Shown piece by piece: positions 57,545-64,000 of a stretch of 64,000 nucleotides of DNA. Numbering within the stretch: the stretch's first letter is position 1; every line of letters begins with the position of its first letter. The DNA comes from Cyanophora paradoxa CCMP329. Lineage: Eukaryota > Plantae > Glaucophyta. The stretch lies in assembly GCA_004431415.1 (NCBI GenBank), contig QPMI01000174.1, positions 1 to 64,000 on the forward strand, read 5' to 3'. The notes below the pieces were generated by a model that saw only the letters and a program-made list of their open reading frames with translations, did no database searches and had not been told where the DNA came from. The position numbers and the translations under genes are program-made.

Positions 57545-58800
57545 GATTCCCCCTATTATATAATATTTATATTAAAGTGGACTCAAGGTTGACTCATATT
57601 AATCGTAAAAGTAGTAATAGTATATGGATTTTGTTACGAATTCAATGCAAGGGTTGACTAAGTGGGTTGAGTTGACTCAAATTTCACAGGAAATATTTGG
57701 GACCAAAAGTTTTCTAAAAAGGATTTCAAAAAATGTGTCAACTCCCCCCACTTAGTCAACCCTGACCATAAACAGTAAGGATTTGAGCTAACATGTATCA
57801 CAAAGTGAACATTTTGAGTCCACTTAGAAGATCCACCTAACAATTTAGAGTCAAATTTACTTGGGAATTCGATTTGTATGAAAAAGTGAGTCCACCCTGA
57901 CCATATTCAATAAGCATTCCTCTTAATCCCCTTGTTTATATTTACATTGATTAATATTTAATACTAAGTGGACTCATGGTTGACTCATATTAATCGATAG
58001 TATATGGATTTTGTTACGAATTCAATGCAAGGGTTGACTAAGTGGGTTGAGTTGACTCAAATTTCACAGGAAATAACAATGAATCAGAGTATAAAATGCA
58101 TTTTTTGAATCAACTACACCAACTAACACTGAGATTTTCACAATATATGAGGTCCTTACTGAATATGGTTTGTGTGACAGGTGTGACAGGTTTATCCCGT
58201 GGATTTTAAAAATCAATTTCTCACTAGGACTTTCCTTGGGATTGACCTGTCACACCTGTCACACCTGTCACACCCAAAATCCTAAGGGTCCCCCCTTAGA
58301 CTCAACAAAACAATGATAAAATCATATAAGTTTCATGTATAATTACGATTGAATTCAATAAGAGATCGATTTGTTAATATAAACAAATGAATCATTTATG
58401 GATCTTAATCGAGTTAAGCGATATATTTCCGATTAAATGAATTAAATTTAATTAAATTTAATCGAGAAAGTACATGAATATAATATCGATTAAATCAATT
58501 AACAAAAAGACCAATCACACATAGTAAAATGCGGAGTTTTAACCAGAGGCAAGATCTAATTGAGATTCAGTTATATTATTCGGAAATATATACAGATTAT
58601 CGATTAACTCAGTAAAACTAATCGGAAAATAAGAGAAATTTACGATAAAATATCGAAAAGAATACAAAATAATCGAAATAAATGAATATTCGATAATATA
58701 TACACAGATTATCGATTGATAGAAATAGAATATACGAGATATATCAACAAAATCAATTAAGATTAAGCCGAGGGTTAAAACTCCGCATTTTACTATGTGT
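57545..58800 (-). repeat. Right terminal inverted repeat (1,256 bp)
   Basis: Mirror of 30505-31760. Identical spurious ORFs appear on opposite strands in the ORF track. Confidence 0.95.
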
Positions 58801-59458
58801 CCCGCGGTCTCGCCGTCGGCGTCTACGAGTGGAGTGCGCGTAGCCCCACCCTTCTCCATCCCAGCTCAGCTGCCCCTGACCCCACCACCCCTCCCACGTG
58901 CACCGCAGCCTCGGGGCTGGAGTTGTCCGTCCTTAAATTCCTTCCCCCTCGCCACCTCTCTTCCCACCTGGAGCCGACCCCGTACCCCCCCCTCCCCCCC
59001 GCAGGCTCGTCCTCGGGTGGCTCTTCGTGCCCTTTTACCTCCGCGCAAAGGTTCGAGACACCACTTCCCCCGGCCGCGGCCTGGTCCGCCGCGCGCGTGA
59101 CGTCATCCCCCCCCCCCCCTCAGGTCTACCCGATGCCCGAGTTCCTGGGGCGACGCTACGACGGCCGCTCCCGCACCGTGCGCCGGCCTCCGCCCCGCCG
59201 CGGCGCCGGCGCTGGCCAGCCGCGGCCGGATCAAATCAAGAATATTCATTCGAGCGGGGCCGGGGCAGGTATACGCGATCATCTGCCTGCTCGCCTCGTG
59301 CCTCACAAAGCTCGCCCCGACCCTCTTTGCCGGCTCCGTCCGCCCCCGCCCCGCCCCGCTCCACCCCGCTCCCGCCCCGCCCGCGCCTCGAAGTCGCCTC
59401 GAGCTCTGACCTCGCGGGGCGGGCGTGGGGCCAGATCGTGCTGTACCACACGTTCGGG
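58801..59458 (+). pseudogene. SLC5/SSS symporter, continuation between the two elements; interrupted again by element 2
   Basis: Frame resumes GLAVGVYEW, then WTSGLELLVLGWLFVPFYLRAK, VYPMPEFLGRRYDGRSRT, VYAIICLLASCLTKLAPTLFAGS, IVLYHTFG| then ACACAT of element 2. Confidence 0.88.
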
Positions 59459-59927
59459 ACACATAAAGAAAAACAAATTAAAATCCCTCCGCTACGCGCT
59501 ACGCGCTCCGCTCCAGGATTTTAATTTGTTTTTCTTTATGTGTTAATTTATATAAAGATAATCGAAAAATATGAATTTTAAATTAAATAAATATGTATTT
59601 TCATGTTAATAAATATGTATAAATAATCGAAAAATATGTATTTTTGTATTAATTTAAATAATCTCGATTAAATAATTGATATTTTATCGATTAAATTAAT
59701 GATATAAACGCGATTAATATGTATTTTATGAAAATCGATATATTCTCGATTGAAGGTACATAATTTAACGATATAATCTCGATTGAATTGCGATATAATC
59801 TCGATTGAAGTAGTCCACCACCCATGTAATCGATATATTATGTATCGAAAAACAAATTATAATATGCTGAATCGATCGGAATTGAAGAAAACCACCACCC
59901 ATTCTACGAAACACAACGTAAATTTTT

Positions 59928-60737
59928 TCATGTACAATTTGTTATTACTGAAAATGGTTTGGTAGGCACTTCGTTTTTTTACGAGATCGATTTAAGATAT
60001 CGCGATTTCATCATGTAGAATTTGTTATTACTGAAAATGGTTTGGTAGGCACTTCGGTTTTTTTACGTGATCGATTGAAGCAATCACTATTTCTTCATGT
60101 ACAATTTGTTATTACTGAAAATGGTTTGGTAGGCACTTCGTTTTTTACGTGATCGATTCAAGCAATCGCGATTTCATCATGTACAATTTGTTATTACTGA
60201 AATGGAGCGGATTTTCCGAGTTAGGCACTTTTTTTTTATCGCGGTAGGCGGCGTAGGCGGTTAGGCACTTTGGATGCCTATTTTGGAAAACTTTTTTGAA
60301 AATACATTTTTAAGTTTTGAATGACGTAAAAAAAAATTCTATGGGGAGTTTTTAAAAAAGGTGCCTAACCTGCCTAATCTGCCTAACTACACCATAAAAG
60401 TGCCTAATCTATATTATGAAGTGCCTACTAAACCATTTTCAGTAAGACATTTTTATGAAAACATAAATATACGATGGATACATCATATATATCATATACT
60501 CACTTTCATAATCTGAGAAAAATAAAGTGCCTACCAAACGATATTCAGTAAGATCACTATGAATCATAGAGATACGATAGATTCGATATATTCACTTTCA
60601 TAATCTGAGAAAAATAAAGTGCCTACCAAACGATATTCAGTAAGATTACTATGAATCATAGAGATACGTTTGATTCCAAATATTCACTTTCATTTTCTGA
60701 GAAATGTAAAGTGCCTACCAAACCATTCTCAGTAAGA
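59928..60737. repeat. Inverted arrays of ~83-bp and ~91-bp repeats (TTACTGAAAATGGTTTGGTAGGCACT core) in the element 2 terminal region
   Basis: Forward units at ~59928, 60011, 60095 and 60177; reverse cores at ~60419, 60526, 60618 and 60709. Confidence 0.85.
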
Positions 60738-61136
60738 TTAACTCGGAAATCGCGCTACTCTATGCCTCTCCGCTCTCTCCAAACCGCTAAACATACATGT
60801 TACCCTCTCTTCTATCATCTCCTTTATTACTGATGTCTTACGCTCCGCTTCCGTACCACAAGTAAATATATCGATTGCTAACATTCCCTGATCTGAATAG
60901 CAATGAGCGGTTAAATGGCTCTCATCGAGAAGTAATACCATCGCAAAACCGGGTGGCGAAACACCACCATCGAAAATCTCGCAATGCTTGTGAACTACTC
61001 GGATACCTTGCTCTTGAATAATAGATTGAAAAAAATGCATTAACCACTTCGTTGTGGTCTCCAAGTTTTCCAATCCCACCATCAATGGATGATTGAACTT
61101 GTAATCTAACATTACATGGAAACCGCGATGATTCAT
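60738..61136 (-). CDS. speD: S-adenosylmethionine decarboxylase proenzyme (element 2)
   Basis: GFHVMLD...GFAMVLLLDESHLTAHCY...AIDIFTCG. Confidence 0.88.
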   Translation of the reverse strand: MNHRGFHVMLDYKFNHPLMVGLENLETTTKWLMHFFQSIIQEQGIRVVHKHCEIFDGGVSPPGFAMVLLLDESHLTAHCYSDQGMLAIDIFTCGTEAERKTSVIKEMIEERVTCMFSGLERAERHRVARFPS

Positions 61137-61176
61137 TTATGAATTATATAGAAAAATTAAAAAAGCAATTGGTAAG

Positions 61177-61326
61177 ATGCGAACCATCTTAGCAAAAGTA
61201 TTTCCATATGAACTTGTCGATATCATAATGATTTATTACCATAAGACATGTCCGAATTGCTTCGATACTTGCATAATAACCAAAGGTAAATGTGGGAAAA
61301 TGCTTATTTCTCTTTCGAAACTTTAA
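61177..61326 (+). CDS. Possible 49-aa protein unique to element 2
   Basis: MRTILAKVFPYELVDIIMIYYHKTCPNC...; fills the gap between speD and the zinc-ribbon gene; below the ORF-track cutoff. Confidence 0.3.
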   Translation: MRTILAKVFPYELVDIIMIYYHKTCPNCFDTCIITKGKCGKMLISLSKL

Positions 61327-61598
61327 TCAAAGTACAACATAATCGGTTTCTCTTCTATAACTATTCCCCATGTAGTCTTTTTTCTGTATGCATGAGATTG
61401 TTTCTTAGAGCATTCCCTACATCCGGTTCTTCCTTTTACATGGTTAAATGGATACGTTTGTATGGTCTTGTTACATTGTAGACACTTTACGACGACCTTC
61501 TCCATTGCCTTTTTATATACAGTTTCGCTATAATCGAATTTGTCCAATCCATGAACCATTATCGCAGATTCAATAAACTTTCTTGTTTTTTCATCCAT
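61323..61598 (-). CDS. DUF723-like zinc-ribbon protein (element 2)
   Basis: Ortholog of 56647-56919. Confidence 0.65.
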   Translation of the reverse strand: MDEKTRKFIESAIMVHGLDKFDYSETVYKKAMEKVVVKCLQCNKTIQTYPFNHVKGRTGCRECSKKQSHAYRKKTTWGIVIEEKPIMLYFD

Positions 61599-61618
61599 TC
61601 CCTATATATACCTTAGAT

Positions 61619-62464
61619 TTATGGTTGTGGATCGCTACCGCCGATGGGATTGTATAGATTGGTATTAAGATATTGACCAAATCGGTTAGCTGTTGCGATT
61701 GCGTCGTTTCTTTCGGCATACATAATTACTCTATAATTTCCGAGTTGTGTAGCTCTTATTATAAATTGGTTATCTTGTGTATCTAAAAGAGGTATTGAGT
61801 GAAACGCCTGACCGAAATTATCTATGGGAATAATATGTATCGTTAGGCGCGGTCTTGCTCCATCGGTTCTTCTACATAATGCGTAGATGTCCTCAGGTAT
61901 CGTGTCTCTATATCTATAATGATTTCCTAACGGTTCTAAAACATCGGCTACCGCTGTTTGTAAACTAATAACGATTGTATAAATCTTAATAATATACGGC
62001 TCATTCATACCTGGGCAATATGTCCTAATTCGTGTGTTTTCATCATCGGGGTTTGGTTGGTCATTTACAATTATAGGCGCTCCAACGATTCCACCAACTC
62101 TCAAACCATCACCAATGTAAGCGCCTCCCGATCTACATTTAATCGCTCCGTTTCTCGATTCATAAGCAAAGTTTGTAACCTTGTTATCATCATTGTAACT
62201 ATCGGGATTTCCATAAAAAGCGTTAAAGTTTGCATTTGTTACAAGGAGTTTTGTAGTTTTCACAACTCCATTATTTTTGTCACATCTTAACTCTTTCAGT
62301 CGCAATTTATGCGTATCACCAAAAGTATTAAGAGTAGGTGCAAGTTCGGTAGATTCGAGACCATCGACATTATCGATAACGGCGTGTTGTAATACGTGAT
62401 TTGCCGGCGCCGCTAATGAAAGTTGCGCTGTTAAGATGCGTTCAGGTGGAGCAGGTGCCGCCAT
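61619..62464 (-). CDS. Putative virion protein B (element 2)
   Basis: Ortholog of 55791-56624. Confidence 0.8.
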   Translation of the reverse strand: MAAPAPPERILTAQLSLAAPANHVLQHAVIDNVDGLESTELAPTLNTFGDTHKLRLKELRCDKNNGVVKTTKLLVTNANFNAFYGNPDSYNDDNKVTNFAYESRNGAIKCRSGGAYIGDGLRVGGIVGAPIIVNDQPNPDDENTRIRTYCPGMNEPYIIKIYTIVISLQTAVADVLEPLGNHYRYRDTIPEDIYALCRRTDGARPRLTIHIIPIDNFGQAFHSIPLLDTQDNQFIIRATQLGNYRVIMYAERNDAIATANRFGQYLNTNLYNPIGGSDPQP

Positions 62465-62483
62465 TTAATATATTAAAACATAA

Positions 62484-63326
62484 TTATGGTGTGGGATCAC
62501 CTGGGAACGGATCATCGTAGAAGTTATTTAAATTGTTATCGGGATTGAGACCACGTGTAGCCGCCACAGCGGCTGGATCTGTTCGCATTCCGAAAATGAG
62601 AATATCGTAACCTCCTACTTCTGTCGTCCAAACATTAAACGTTGCGGGGTTCTGGTTGTCAAATTCCACCCAACCTCTACCACGTCCGATTCCTTGAACA
62701 AAGAACGTATAAGCGGGTCCGATAATACCATTTTGTGAACGACATATAGACTCAATAGATTTAGGAATAGCAATATTTGGTAGTAACCAATTTCCCATAA
62801 TTCCATCGGGTTGTGTTGCATTTACGTTATCTACCGCAACTCTAACCATTCCAAACACGTAAGGATAGTCTCCACATGGAGTGTACATACGGATACGTTG
62901 CGGATTGCCCGCATGCTCAGGTAGAGTATCGGGAATATCGGTAACAGCAACGGAGGATGCAAGCATACCCGACACACGACAACCACCGCCAATAACAGCG
63001 CCTCCCGATCGGACAACAGCGGCGGCTCGTTCTCCGTCAAAATCTAACGTTCTAATATCCACACCCCATGCATCAGGTTGCCCGATACCCGCGTTAAAAT
63101 TCGCATTTGTTACAAGAAGTTGAGTCGTTTTAACCACTCCCGAATTCTTGTCGGCGCGTAGTTCTTTAACACGTATCATACTGTTTTTATCAAATGCATT
63201 CGCGGAATTAGCCCGCTCCGTAGATTCAACACCGCGGATTTCGTCGGCTACTTCGTGTTGTCGAAAGTGAACCGCGGGCGCACCCAATGCGTAAACGGGC
63301 AATTGCACACGATTGTATTCACCCAT
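62484..63326 (-). CDS. Putative virion protein A (element 2), intact
   Basis: Ortholog of 54914-55767. Confidence 0.8.
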   Translation of the reverse strand: MGEYNRVQLPVYALGAPAVHFRQHEVADEIRGVESTERANSANAFDKNSMIRVKELRADKNSGVVKTTQLLVTNANFNAGIGQPDAWGVDIRTLDFDGERAAAVVRSGGAVIGGGCRVSGMLASSVAVTDIPDTLPEHAGNPQRIRMYTPCGDYPYVFGMVRVAVDNVNATQPDGIMGNWLLPNIAIPKSIESICRSQNGIIGPAYTFFVQGIGRGRGWVEFDNQNPATFNVWTTEVGGYDILIFGMRTDPAAVAATRGLNPDNNLNNFYDDPFPGDPTP

Positions 63327-63362
63327 TGCTTCTTTTACTAAGAAGGAAAGAAAAATAAACCA

Positions 63363-63671
63363 TTAAGCCAATGTGATAAGATTAGATCCAAGAGATTGGT
63401 AAGCGGTCGTTAGACATTGGATATTTGATGTCATCGCTTTAAGGTTTGAATCACATTCGCCATAACGTGTTACGGGATCACCATAAGCCGATTGCGCAAG
63501 GACATTAACCAAGAGGTTTTTATATTCATGAACAACTGGGGACAGTTTGTTAGTTTGTTGTATCGTTTTTTCGACAGTTTGTAGTGCGGCTACAAGTTTG
63601 ATAGTATCAAAAGCGAGAGCGACAGGCTCAGAAGTAGTAGAAGGAGATCCACCAAGTGGATAGGTCGCCAT
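63363..63671 (-). CDS. Conserved hypothetical protein (element 2)
   Basis: Ortholog of 54569-54874. Confidence 0.8.
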   Translation of the reverse strand: MATYPLGGSPSTTSEPVALAFDTIKLVAALQTVEKTIQQTNKLSPVVHEYKNLLVNVLAQSAYGDPVTRYGECDSNLKAMTSNIQCLTTAYQSLGSNLITLA

Positions 63672-63674
63672 TTA

Positions 63675-64000
63675 TTATACTGTGACATTTTTAATTTGGT
63701 CTATTTGATCTTGTAGACCCTTGCATTTCTTAGATAATTCTTTAACGGCTTCTATGAGAACAGGAATTAAACCCGTGTATTCGAGAGAAAGGTAGCCATC
63801 ATCTTTTTTAACATTAACTACCTCTGGTATTACCTTTTGAACATCTTGTGCAATTAAACCTAATCTCGTTCCATCTTTTTCGCTTCCAATTCGTTTAAAA
63901 CTCACTCCTTCTAATTTCCCAATCGCTGAAAGAGCGCCGGTTATCTTTTTAATATCGGTTTTGTATCTTATGTCACTTCCTTGTGTTAAATAACCTCCAA
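63675..64000 (-). CDS. Fibre protein C-terminus (peptidase S74 chaperone), partial
   Basis: YLTQGSDIRYKTDIKKITGALSAI...GLIAQDV...LIEAVKEL; runs off the window end. Confidence 0.85.
   Translation of the reverse strand, partial: GGYLTQGSDIRYKTDIKKITGALSAIGKLEGVSFKRIGSEKDGTRLGLIAQDVQKVIPEVVNVKKDDGYLSLEYTGLIPVLIEAVKELSKKCKGLQDQIDQIKNVTV

Larger units (their letters stand above)
30505..58800. mobile_element. Complete endogenous Polinton-like virus/Maverick (element 1), 28,296 bp
   Basis: Sharp GC-to-AT transition. Termini 5'-ACACATAG...CTATGTGT-3', long TIRs, 6-bp TSD, intronless pPolB, rve integrase, A32 ATPase and capsid genes. Confidence 0.96.
59459..64000 (-). mobile_element. Second endogenous Polinton-like virus (element 2), partial, opposite orientation
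   Basis: Begins ACACAT inside an SLC5 exon; AT-rich repeat region, then orthologs of element 1's terminal genes in the same order on the minus strand. Confidence 0.93.

Noticed and set aside
58801-59458. Elements 1 and 2 as arms of one giant inverted repeat
   Set aside because: Element 1 is closed by its own TIRs and TSD; element 2 has a different terminal sequence and diverged genes.
59928-60737. Repeat-spacer-like array resembling CRISPR
   Set aside because: The intervening sequences resemble each other (tandem units), the arrays are inverted about a centre, and there are no cas genes.
30505-64000. Contaminant or chimeric assembly joining viral and host contigs
   Set aside because: A perfect 6-bp TSD and in-frame continuation of the SLC5 exon across element 1 indicate genuine integration.

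Overview
Eukaryotic nuclear DNA with two very different compartments. 1-30.5 kb is extremely GC-rich, intron-dense host sequence with short introns, many GC-AG donors, micro-exons and poly-C/G tracts. It carries the 3' part of an ERMP1-like M28 metallopeptidase, an RWP-RK transcription factor, a full-length ABCB/P-glycoprotein transporter head-to-head with a probably plastid-targeted dihydroxy-acid dehydratase (ilvD), a His-rich ZIP metal transporter, and an SLC5/SSS sodium:solute symporter. The MAGFV- start of the ilvD presequence suggests a glaucophyte (Cyanophora-like) alga; this is inference only. The SLC5 gene is interrupted inside coding exons by two related AT-rich endogenous Polinton-like viruses. 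Element 1 is complete (30505-58800, 28,296 bp, 1,256-bp TIRs, 6-bp TSD CCCGCG). It encodes an rve integrase, a protein-primed PolB with an apparently dead proofreading domain, two RING proteins, a prim-pol/D5 helicase, an A32 packaging ATPase, a major capsid protein, two penton-like proteins, a patatin-discoidin fusion, a large modular S74-chaperoned fibre and a stand-alone S-adenosylmethionine decarboxylase. Element 2 starts 658 bp downstream at 59459, in opposite orientation, and runs off the window with the same terminal gene block including the decarboxylase. Main observations: (1) a conserved viral AdoMetDC alongside context-specific CpG avoidance, suggesting a possible anti-methylation function; (2) a 28-bp self-inverted terminal cassette in both elements; (3) several palindromic iteron arrays, one with a flipped core; (4) an apparent recent fibre-module swap between the two lineages. 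The element-1 frameshifts are probably homopolymer consensus errors.
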